Source: Thiobacillaceae bacterium
GTDB taxonomy: Bacteria > Pseudomonadota > Gammaproteobacteria > Burkholderiales > Thiobacillaceae
Direction of reading: 5' to 3'
DNA length: 64,000 bases
NCBI GenBank assembly: GCA_035325585.1
Contig: DAOKZP010000007.1
Span: 11,604-75,603, forward strand
Part shown: in pieces, positions 20,018 through 28,321 of the stretch
Numbering within the stretch: the first letter of the stretch is position 1
How the letters are laid out: every line of letters begins with the position of its first letter
Made by a program: the position numbers and the translations under genes
The notes under the pieces: model-generated
What the model was told of the DNA's origin: nothing
Database searches by the model: none
Seen by the model: only the letters and a program-made list of their open reading frames with translations

Positions 20018-21229
20018 TCAGATGTTGTGGCGCAGCGCGTCGACCACGGCGAGACGGGCCGCGCGGCGCCCCGGCAGGATGGCCGCGACCGATGCCGCGA
20101 GCGCACCGATCACGGCGGCCGCCACGAGCGCCCACGGCACCACGCGTATGGATGCGACGTAGCCGGCAGCGGAACCCGGCGGCGGGGGCATGGGGATGCC
20201 GATGGCGGAGATGGCGACTGCGAGGAGGATGCCCCCGGCCACCCCGAGCGCTGCGCCGATGCAGCCGAGCAGGACATTCTCCAGCAACACGAGCTTGAAG
20301 ATCTGGCTTCGACGCAGGCCGATCGCCAACAGCGTGCCGAATTCGCCGGTCCGCTCGAATACCGCCATATTGACGGTGCTCGTCACGCTGAGGACCAGCA
20401 TGACGAGAATGATGAGTTGAAGCGCCCCGAACTGGCGCTTGTAAAGCGCGACGGTCTTGGCGTAGAAATCGGCCAGTTCGTGCCAGGCCCTGACGTCGTA
20501 GCCCCGTTCCGCGAGGGCCTCCTTCACGCCGGCGACGACCCGATCAGTGGCAGCGGTATCGTCGAGCAGGACGACGAGGCTGTGGACGGACGGCGTGAAC
20601 AGAAGCTCCTGCGCCGCGGCGAGCGGAATCCGGACCGCACGGTCGTCGTAATCCTTCGAGAACGTGCGGAACACGCCGACCACTTCGAGTTCGAGTGTGT
20701 TCAGCGCGCCCTCCGGGGTGTTCGTCATCAGCGTGAGATGGCTGCCCGGCTGCAGGCGCAGAGCGGCGGCGACCCCTTCGCCGATCACCGCGCCGAATGC
20801 GTCTTCGTCACGCAGTGCGCGCCCGGAGACCAGGGTGGTCGCCGTCCCCAGGCGGTTTTCCTTCTCCGGTTCGACGCCTTCGCCGATGATCGGCAGGTCG
20901 GCCTGGCCGTTGTTCGCAAGCCCCGAAAATGCCAGCCGTGCCATCACGTCCCGCACCGACGGCAAAGGCCGGAGCACGCCCGCCACTTGTTCGGGGTCTT
21001 CGATCAGATAGCCGGCGGGATCGCGCCGGCCGTGCTCCGGATAGCCGGCGCGGAAGACCTGCAGATGGCCGAGGCGGGAGTGGATGGTCGATTCGCGCAA
21101 CTGGATGAACGCGTCCTCGACGAAGCCGCCGCTGAGGATGATCGCCGCCACGCCGGTGGCGACGGCCGCCAGCGTGAGCAAGGTACGCGCGCGGTTGCGG
21201 AAGATGTTGCGGAAGGCGAGTTTGAGCAT
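20018..21229 (-). CDS. ABC permease, FtsX/LolC-E family (copy 2)
   Basis: LAFRNIFRNRARTLLT, large periplasmic loop, ERTGEFGTLLAIG, three C-terminal TM helices, ...ALRHNI. Confidence 0.92.
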   Translation of the reverse strand: MLKLAFRNIFRNRARTLLTLAAVATGVAAIILSGGFVEDAFIQLRESTIHSRLGHLQVFRAGYPEHGRRDPAGYLIEDPEQVAGVLRPLPSVRDVMARLAFSGLANNGQADLPIIGEGVEPEKENRLGTATTLVSGRALRDEDAFGAVIGEGVAAALRLQPGSHLTLMTNTPEGALNTLELEVVGVFRTFSKDYDDRAVRIPLAAAQELLFTPSVHSLVVLLDDTAATDRVVAGVKEALAERGYDVRAWHELADFYAKTVALYKRQFGALQLIILVMLVLSVTSTVNMAVFERTGEFGTLLAIGLRRSQIFKLVLLENVLLGCIGAALGVAGGILLAVAISAIGIPMPPPPGSAAGYVASIRVVPWALVAAAVIGALAASVAAILPGRRAARLAVVDALRHNI

Positions 21230-21246
21230 GCCGGCGGTCCAGGTGC

Positions 21247-22482
21247 TCAGATGTTGTGCCGCAAGGCGTTGACGATCTGCTGGCGCGACCCTTTCCATGC
21301 CGGATAGAGGCCGGCCAGCATGGTCGTGACGGCGGCGATCAGGAACGCGGCGAGCAGCAGCCCGGCCGTGACGCGTATTTCCCCCGTGAAGCCTCGCTCC
21401 ATTCCCGGGGGCGGCGGCATGGGAATGCCGATCGCCGAGATCAGCGCGGCCAGCGCGACGCCCAGGACGACGCCGGCCAATCCGCCGAAGAGGCCGAGCA
21501 GCAGACCTTCCGTCGCGAACATCTGCAGGATCTTCCGGCGCCGGAAGCCGATCGCCAGCAGGGTGCCCACCTCGCCGGTGCGTTCCATCACGTTCATGAT
21601 GAGCATGTTCGAGATGCTGAGCACGATGATCAGGCCGATGATCAGGCGCAGCACGCCGATCTGCTGCGAGAACAGGGCGACCGTCTTGTTGTAGAAGTCG
21701 GCATGCGCGTACCAGGGCACGAATTCCAGCGGGCCGTCATCCTGCGGGAAGCGTGTGCGGAACAGGCTCAGGAAATGGTCGGTCTGCTCCGTCTCCTCCA
21801 GCAGCACGAGCCAGAGGTGCGCGCCCTGGACGCGCAACAGGGTCTCGGCCTGGGCGAGCGGAAGCCTGAGTGCGGAATCGTCGTAGGCCTGGTTGGTGCT
21901 GGTGAAGATGCCCACCACCGTGGCTTCGACGGCGTTGATCCCGCTTCCGGATGCCGTCGTCAGCAGCGCGACCACGTCGCCGGGGCCGACGCCCATGCTG
22001 CGCGCCAGCCCGCGTCCGACGATGACTTCCGGTGCTTCCGCACTCGCCAGGTTGCGCCCCTCCACGATGTGTAGGGCTTCGCTGAGCGCCTGCTCCTTCC
22101 CGGGAATGACGCCCTCGGCGAGAAACGACGCGGTGGTTTCGCCATGGCTGATGAGACCGGTCACCTTGAGCCGTGGCGCGACCAGCTTCACGCCCGGCGT
22201 GGATTCGAGGGCTGCTGTGACGCGGGAGTCGCGCGGCAGGAGGAAGGCCAGGGGATCCGCGACGCCCTCGCTGAAGTAGCCCGGACGCACGACCTGGACG
22301 TGGCCGGACTGGAACTTGATCGTGCCTTCCCGCATCGCCCAGAAAATCCACTGGATGAAACCTTCGGCCAGGACCATGGAAACGACACCCGCCGCAATGA
22401 TGAAAAGCGCGGCCAGGGAGCGGCGGCGATTGCGGGTAAGATTGCGCAGGGCAATCAGCAGGTCGGCGAGTTGGCGGCGCAA
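21247..22482 (-). CDS. ABC permease, FtsX/LolC-E family (copy 1)
   Basis: ALRNLTRNRRRS, ERTGEVGTLLAIG, YPAWKGSR...ALRHNI. Confidence 0.92.
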   Translation of the reverse strand: MRRQLADLLIALRNLTRNRRRSLAALFIIAAGVVSMVLAEGFIQWIFWAMREGTIKFQSGHVQVVRPGYFSEGVADPLAFLLPRDSRVTAALESTPGVKLVAPRLKVTGLISHGETTASFLAEGVIPGKEQALSEALHIVEGRNLASAEAPEVIVGRGLARSMGVGPGDVVALLTTASGSGINAVEATVVGIFTSTNQAYDDSALRLPLAQAETLLRVQGAHLWLVLLEETEQTDHFLSLFRTRFPQDDGPLEFVPWYAHADFYNKTVALFSQQIGVLRLIIGLIIVLSISNMLIMNVMERTGEVGTLLAIGFRRRKILQMFATEGLLLGLFGGLAGVVLGVALAALISAIGIPMPPPPGMERGFTGEIRVTAGLLLAAFLIAAVTTMLAGLYPAWKGSRQQIVNALRHNI

Positions 22483-22573
22483 ACGAGGACTCCCGGCCGG
22501 TAGTGTCGGCTGTTCTTGGCTGGATCGGACTCAGGAAACAGCCATCGTAATCGAACTGGAGGAAGTCGGGCGC

Positions 22574-23839
22574 TTGGGCGACGTGCGATCAGGCAGAAAA
22601 GTCGTTCTTCTCGTGGCGGAGGCGGTCACGCTCGCCCATTACGGCCGCGTCGCGACGCTGTCCCGGGTACTTCCGCCGGACGAATACGAAGTCATCGTCG
22701 CGGCCGATCCGCGGTATCGGGCGCTGGACGAAATCGCGGAAGCCGCGTTCCACCCTCTGTGGTCGATCCCGTCCGCGCAGTTCGCGCGTGCGCTGGATCG
22801 CGGCGCCCCCCTCTACGATGCGGCCACGCTCACGCGTTATGTCGAGGCCGACCTGGCGCTCCTCGACGCGGTCCGGCCGGATCTCGTGGTGGGAGATTTC
22901 CGGCTTTCGCTGGCGATCAGCGCACCGCTGCGCGCGTGTACCTACGCCTCGATCGTCAACGCCTACTGGAGCCCGTACGCCGAGCTCGACTATCCCGTGC
23001 CCGAGCTGCCGTTCACCCGGATCACCGGCCTCCGGATCGGGCAGGCGCTGTTCGACGCGGTGCGCCCCTTCGCCTTCGGAATGCACGCCCGGCCCTTCAA
23101 TCGCGTGCGGCGGCGGTACGGACTGCCCCCGCTCGGCAACGATCTCCGGCACACCTACACCTGGGCCGATCACACGCTGTATGCGGACATCCCCGATCTG
23201 GTGCGGACTCGCAACCTGCCCGCCAATCATCGCTTTCTCGGCCCGGTGTTCTGGAGCACGCAGACTGCCTTGCCGGGCTGGTGGGCGGACCTTCCACGCG
23301 AACGGCCGGTCGTGTTCCTCACCCTCGGCAGCTCGGGCCGCGCCGGCCTGCTGCCCAGGGTGCTCGATGCGCTGGCGGAGTTGCCGGTTACGGTCGTCGC
23401 GGCGACGGCTGGCGGTACCGCGCCGGCTCGCCTGCCCGCGAACGCCTTTGCCGCCGATTACCTGCCGATGGATGTGGCGACGGTAAACTGCGCGCTGGTC
23501 ATCAGCAACGGAGGCAGCCTGACTACCTATCGCGCCCTGGCCATGGGGGTTCCGGTGCTCGGCCTGTGTTCGAACATGGACCAGTTGTTGAACATGAACG
23601 CGGTAGCGGCCCTGGGCGCGGGAATCGCGCTCCGGGCCGGCCGGGCGAACGCCGCCGAGATCCGTGCCGCGGTTCGCGCCCTGCTGGATGCGCCGCGCTA
23701 CCGCGAGGCGGCGGAACGGGCCGGCCAGGCCGTCCGGCAGCACGATGCGGGACGGGAGTTCCGCGCGTTCGTCGGCGAGGTCCTCGGAGATCCCGGAGCG
23801 CGCGCGGCCGAGCGCCCGCGCGGTGAACGCACCGGATGA
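22574..23839 (+). CDS. GT1-family glycosyltransferase resembling mycobacterial PGL/p-HBAD rhamnosyltransferases; TTG start inferred
   Basis: AEAVTLAH, PDLVVGDFRLSL, NAYWSPY, TLGSSG, NGGSLTT..AL..GVP and NMDQ; GGAGG at 22558. Confidence 0.88.
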   Translation: MGDVRSGRKVVLLVAEAVTLAHYGRVATLSRVLPPDEYEVIVAADPRYRALDEIAEAAFHPLWSIPSAQFARALDRGAPLYDAATLTRYVEADLALLDAVRPDLVVGDFRLSLAISAPLRACTYASIVNAYWSPYAELDYPVPELPFTRITGLRIGQALFDAVRPFAFGMHARPFNRVRRRYGLPPLGNDLRHTYTWADHTLYADIPDLVRTRNLPANHRFLGPVFWSTQTALPGWWADLPRERPVVFLTLGSSGRAGLLPRVLDALAELPVTVVAATAGGTAPARLPANAFAADYLPMDVATVNCALVISNGGSLTTYRALAMGVPVLGLCSNMDQLLNMNAVAALGAGIALRAGRANAAEIRAAVRALLDAPRYREAAERAGQAVRQHDAGREFRAFVGEVLGDPGARAAERPRGERTG

Positions 23840-25443
23840 AGGATGCGGCCCGCATCCACTGGGACGTGATCGTGATCGGCGCGGGGATGGGCGGCGCCAC
23901 CATCGGACATGCGCTGGCACAGGCGGGGAAGCGGGTTGTGTTCTGCGAACGTGGCAGAGCGGCTTCGCGACCGGACGCCGTCACGGGCCGCTACCCGGAA
24001 ACCGGTTTCAGGCCTGCATCGGCGCCCCAGCCGGAACACGAAGCATTGCTCGCGGGCGCGGGGCGAGACTGGAACGAGATCGACGATGCGAGCCGCGCCC
24101 GCCGCCGATCCTGGATTCCCTTCGTCGGGGCGGGGACGGGCGGTTCCAGCGCGTTGTACGGCATGGCCTTGGAGCGCTTGTATCCCACGGACTTCACCCC
24201 CCGTATCATGCATCCCGATGCGCCGGGTGCCGACCTGCCGGACGCCTGGCCCATCGATTACGCGGAACTCGTCCCGTTCTATGAGGCGGCCGAGCGCCTG
24301 TATCGGGTCCGCGGCGAAGCCGACCCGCTGCGGGGCGACGATTTTCGGCCGGCTTACCTGACGCCTCCGGTGCTGACGCGTGGTGCGGAAAAGCTGCGGG
24401 ATTACCTGCGTGATCGCGGCTGCCATCCCTATCGTCTCCCCCAGGCCTGCGAGTTCGAACCGAGGTGCGAGTGCTGCCAAGGCTATCTTTGCCCACGCGA
24501 GTGCAAGAACGACAGCGGCCGGATCTGCCTCGAACCGGCGCTTGCCCGGCACGGCGCCAGCCTGCTGGAAGAATGCGAGGTATTGCACCTGGAGGCGGAT
24601 GCGACGCGGGTGACCGGAGTCGTCTGCCGGCACCGGGGCGAGACGCACGTCTTGCGCGGGCGCGTCGTGATCCTCGCGGCCGGCGCGCTCTACAGCCCCG
24701 CCATTCTCCTTGCTTCCCGCTCCACGATATGGCCGGATGGACTGGCGAACCGCTCCGGGCTCGTCGGCCGCAACCTCATGCGTCACTTCATCGACCTTTA
24801 CGTGCTCCGATCCGGCCTGGAGGATGCCGATCGGCGCTGGAAGGAGATCGCCTTCAACGATTGCTACGCCGACGGAAGCAGGTTCGGTTCCGTCCAATCC
24901 TTCGGCGCGCTGCCCCCCGCGGCGGTGCTCGTCGCGTCGCTGCGGCAGGACGTGAGACATGCATGGGGCCCGATCGCGGCGGGCGCACTCGGGCTGGCCG
25001 GGCCCGCCGTCCGCGCGTATCTCGAGCGGACGCTCTCCCGCGGGCCGATCATGGCGTCGATCCAGGAAGACCTGCCCTATCGCGACAACCGGATCGTGCC
25101 GGGCCTCGGCAACGGCGGGCTGGGATTCGTCTACCGGATCCGGCCGCAGGACCGGGTGCGCATCCGGCGCATGCGCGCTCATCTGCGCGGACTTTTCGCG
25201 CCCTTCCGGCCCATGCTGCTCGCGCAGGCGGAGAACAACCAGCGCCTGGCACACGTCTGCGGCACCTGCCGGTTCGGCGCCGATCCCGCCACCAGCGTGC
25301 TCGACCGCGACAATCGCGCCCATGGCGTCGATAATCTCTTCGTGGTCGATGCCTCGTTCTTCCCTACCAGCGGGGGCATCAACCCCGCGCTCACGGTTGC
25401 TGCCAATGCCTTGCGCGTCGCGGCGCGCATTGCCACCGCATGA
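23836..25443 (+). CDS. GMC-family FAD oxidoreductase with Cys-rich segment
   Basis: GAGMGG dinucleotide fold, GTGGSS, LAAGAL.SP.ILL.S, H.CGTCRFG, VVDASFFPTSGGINP.LT. Confidence 0.92.
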   Translation: MKDAARIHWDVIVIGAGMGGATIGHALAQAGKRVVFCERGRAASRPDAVTGRYPETGFRPASAPQPEHEALLAGAGRDWNEIDDASRARRRSWIPFVGAGTGGSSALYGMALERLYPTDFTPRIMHPDAPGADLPDAWPIDYAELVPFYEAAERLYRVRGEADPLRGDDFRPAYLTPPVLTRGAEKLRDYLRDRGCHPYRLPQACEFEPRCECCQGYLCPRECKNDSGRICLEPALARHGASLLEECEVLHLEADATRVTGVVCRHRGETHVLRGRVVILAAGALYSPAILLASRSTIWPDGLANRSGLVGRNLMRHFIDLYVLRSGLEDADRRWKEIAFNDCYADGSRFGSVQSFGALPPAAVLVASLRQDVRHAWGPIAAGALGLAGPAVRAYLERTLSRGPIMASIQEDLPYRDNRIVPGLGNGGLGFVYRIRPQDRVRIRRMRAHLRGLFAPFRPMLLAQAENNQRLAHVCGTCRFGADPATSVLDRDNRAHGVDNLFVVDASFFPTSGGINPALTVAANALRVAARIATA

Positions 25444-25518
25444 GCATCGCGCAACGATCGTTTACGGCGCCCCGACTTTATTCTTGCTTCCACCGGCTTG
25501 CCGGTCTGACCCGGAATC

Positions 25519-26391
25519 GTGACGATGAACGACGACAAGGAATCCACAAACCGTTTTTTCCGGGTTTTCTGCGCGCTTCCGGAGCGCGAAATCGAGGCGG
25601 ACGTTTCCGTCTCGTTCAGCTCGACGCTCGATCTCAGCGCGATCGAGGCGGCGCGTGCCGCGGCAGCGCATGCCGGCACGCGCAAGCCGTCCTATACCGC
25701 CTTCGTCATCCGGGCGGTGGGCCGTGCGCTGCAGGAACATCCCTACGCCAACCGGCGGGTCTTTCGCAGCCCCTGGCGGCTCGGCGGGCCCTGGCTGCAC
25801 AGTTTCGACCAGGCCGACATCGCGGTGGCGGCGGAGCGCGACGTACCGGGCCGGGAGTATGTCGCCTTCGTCGACGTGCTTCGGGAGGCGGATCGCCGCT
25901 CGCTCGATGAAATCCACACCTGGCTTGCCGCGCTGGCGCGCAGCGACGAAGAGAACAACGCGCAGTGGCGCGAATTCAGTGCGCTCATCCGACGTTTTCC
26001 GTGGCGACTGTCGGCCCTGATCCTGCGCCTGCCCGCCTGGATTCCCTCCTGGTGGACGCGCTACCGTGGCGCGGCCGTTCTCGTCTCGTCGCCCGCCAAG
26101 TACGGTGTCGGCAGCGTCACCGCGTCCTGGGCCTGGCCGATCGGCATTTCCTTCGGTTACGTGGGCCCCAGGCCGGTGGTTCGGGACGGGGAGGTCGTCG
26201 TCCGCCCCTGCTTCGAGTTTTTGATGAACTTCGATCGTCGCGTGATGGCGGGAGCCGCCGCCGCCCGGTTCTTCAAGCGGATCTGCGAACTCATCGAAGC
26301 GGGCGACGAGGCCGGAGTCCACCATGCGCGGGAAGGCGACGCTGGCCGAGCCGATGCCGTCGATACGGTGCGGGCGGGAGAGACGTTATGA
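25519..26391 (+). CDS. Stand-alone 2-oxoacid dehydrogenase E2-type acyltransferase domain with degenerate active site
   Basis: SYTAFVIRAVGRAL..HP..N, DIAVA, ..RPVVRDGEVVVR and FDRRVMAGA (canonical DHRxxDG); no lipoyl domain. Confidence 0.8.
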   Translation: MTMNDDKESTNRFFRVFCALPEREIEADVSVSFSSTLDLSAIEAARAAAAHAGTRKPSYTAFVIRAVGRALQEHPYANRRVFRSPWRLGGPWLHSFDQADIAVAAERDVPGREYVAFVDVLREADRRSLDEIHTWLAALARSDEENNAQWREFSALIRRFPWRLSALILRLPAWIPSWWTRYRGAAVLVSSPAKYGVGSVTASWAWPIGISFGYVGPRPVVRDGEVVVRPCFEFLMNFDRRVMAGAAAARFFKRICELIEAGDEAGVHHAREGDAGRADAVDTVRAGETL

Positions 26392-26840
26392 AGGAACTGG
26401 TTACGGAGGTGACGATCGCGGCCAGTGCGGAGGAGGTCTTCCGCATCCTGACCGACGTGGCGCGGTACGCGGAATGGAACCCGCTCATCGTGTCGGCACG
26501 GGGGAAGGTCGCTCCCGGGAAGAAGCTGGATATCCGCATCCGCCCGCCCGGCAAGACGGATCAGCCCTACGTCGTCGAGGTCGTGCGCGTCGTTCCCGGG
26601 CGCGAATTCGTCTGGCTGGGCCGCATGAAGATGAAGGGCATCCTCGACGGCCTTCACTTCTTCGAACTGCACCCCGACGGCGAACATCGCGTGCGCGTCG
26701 TTCACCGCGAGGAGTTCCGCGGCCTGTTGGTGCCCTTCGTCTGGCGGGCCTTCCTGGATACCCGGATGCGCGAAGGTTTCGAGGCGCTCAACCGGCGCCT
26801 CAAGGAACGTGCGGAACAGAGCGTCGCTGAGCCGGGATGA
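26388..26840 (+). CDS. SRPBCC/START (polyketide cyclase 2) family protein
   Basis: EVTIAASAEEVF.ILTD...Y.EWNP and C-terminal helix F..LN..LK.RAE; ATGA overlap with the upstream gene. Confidence 0.88.
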   Translation: MKELVTEVTIAASAEEVFRILTDVARYAEWNPLIVSARGKVAPGKKLDIRIRPPGKTDQPYVVEVVRVVPGREFVWLGRMKMKGILDGLHFFELHPDGEHRVRVVHREEFRGLLVPFVWRAFLDTRMREGFEALNRRLKERAEQSVAEPG

Positions 26841-26852
26841 GGCGGATGACCG

Positions 26853-26869
26853 TGTCGGAAATTTTTACA
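26853..26869 (+). promoter_or_regulatory. Putative PrsR enhancer (PEP-CTERM box)
   Basis: TGTCGGAAATTTTTACA (TGT-N11-ACA), 64 nt upstream of TGGCAC. Confidence 0.85.
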
Positions 26870-26933
26870 GTCTGCACTACCGACATGGCGTGCTATAACG
26901 GCAGCACATTGTTTTAAAAAGGAATTTTGTTTC

Positions 26934-26949
26934 TGGCACGGCGCCTGCT
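26934..26949 (+). promoter_or_regulatory. Sigma54 (-24/-12) promoter of PEP-CTERM gene 2
   Basis: TGGCAC-GGCGC-CTGCT (GG-N10-GC). Confidence 0.85.
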
Positions 26950-27021
26950 TCATGTTTGGCCAAGCGGCGGGCATCGCCCCGCTCCCACCAGACAACGATC
27001 TCAATCTCGAAGGGGACGAAC

Positions 27022-27975
27022 ATGAAGAAATCCGTACTTGCCGCTGCCATCCTGATGGCGGTCGGCGTTTCCGCGGCACAGGCAGGCGAAGTGATTGCGA
27101 TCAATCCGGATGCCGCGGGCGGCGACGCGACCCTGCAGGTCGGCTCCCTCGGCTGGCAGAATGGCAATGCGATTACCATCGGCGGCGCCAATGTCGTGCA
27201 AGGCGACATCATCCAGACCTACGCCCACGCCTCCCTGGCCAACTTTACCGACGCGGACGGCAATCCCATCGGCGGACTCTCGCTGAACACGGCGGGTGGC
27301 TATGAATGGACCTACGTGGCCGGCTTCCAGGAAGTTGTCACGGCGACGAGCGGCAGCGGTGCGACCTCGACTGCGACATTCCAGATCGTGGATGGCGGAC
27401 ATAACTTCTTCGAGATCTATTACGACGCGTCGCGCGACGCCAACAACCTCACCGGCATGGGCTTCAATGACGGCCTCCTGATCCTTTCCGGCACCGTGCT
27501 GCCGTTCGATGCGTTGACCGGCGAAGGCGCGAGCAGCTTCAACGCAACCGGCCTGGACTCGGCGCTGGACAAGTTTGGTACAAACAACTATCCGGGCATC
27601 GGAACCATCGTCGGCAACGGCTCGACCAACCTGACGGTCGGCGTTAGCTACTTCGATCCGAATTTCTTCATGGGGGGCGTCGATTTCCTCACGGTTTCCT
27701 TCGACACCTTCCAGAACACGCCGTACCAGCAACAGAACCCGTCCGCGTGCTTCTGGAACGGCAGCGCGTACGTAAACGGGGCCGGAGGCCAAGGCACCAG
27801 CTGCACGAATAGCGTGGGTGCGACGAACGGGATCGACGGACCGAACTTCATGTTCGAAACCCGCGCCAGCAGCGCGTTCAATGTCACCACGGTACCGGAG
27901 CCGGCTTCGCTTGCCCTGCTCGGAGCCGGTCTGCTCGGATTCGGACTGGCACGCCGTCGCAAGAGCAAGGCCTGA
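27022..27975 (+). CDS. PEP-CTERM surface protein, possibly of the flocculation-associated PepA type
   Basis: Signal peptide MKKSVLAAAILMAVGVSAAQA; Asn/Gly/Thr-rich; C-terminus VPEPASLALLGAGLLGFGLARRRKSKA. Confidence 0.93.
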   Translation: MKKSVLAAAILMAVGVSAAQAGEVIAINPDAAGGDATLQVGSLGWQNGNAITIGGANVVQGDIIQTYAHASLANFTDADGNPIGGLSLNTAGGYEWTYVAGFQEVVTATSGSGATSTATFQIVDGGHNFFEIYYDASRDANNLTGMGFNDGLLILSGTVLPFDALTGEGASSFNATGLDSALDKFGTNNYPGIGTIVGNGSTNLTVGVSYFDPNFFMGGVDFLTVSFDTFQNTPYQQQNPSACFWNGSAYVNGAGGQGTSCTNSVGATNGIDGPNFMFETRASSAFNVTTVPEPASLALLGAGLLGFGLARRRKSKA

Positions 27976-28002
27976 TCAGCGGGCTTGGTCGTGTAATCGA
28001 GG

Positions 28003-28030
28003 AACGGGGCGCAAGCCCCGTTTTTCTTTT
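28003..28030 (+). terminator. Rho-independent terminator
   Basis: AACGGGGC-GCAA-GCCCCGTT followed by a T-rich tract. Confidence 0.88.
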
Positions 28031-28321
28031 TGGCTCCTTTGTTCAGCCTTCACCAGGCGTAATTCTTCGGTACCGCGGCGTGGCCGTCGGCGTGCCTGCC
28101 GTGAACATTTCGTCGACGCGCCGCACGTTTGCGCGCCATCGCGGTTTCATTCAGCTCCGGCCGGGCTGTTTGACGCGGATCCATCCCGGCGCCACAGCGG
28201 GTGATCAGGCTGTGCCATCGGTGCCTCGCGCGTCGATTCGTCTGAGGGTTACGTCCGCGATCGTTCCGGGGGCGCGGTTGAAACCGGGGCCGTGCACGGC
28301 GCGTAGCGGGATGGCTCCATC

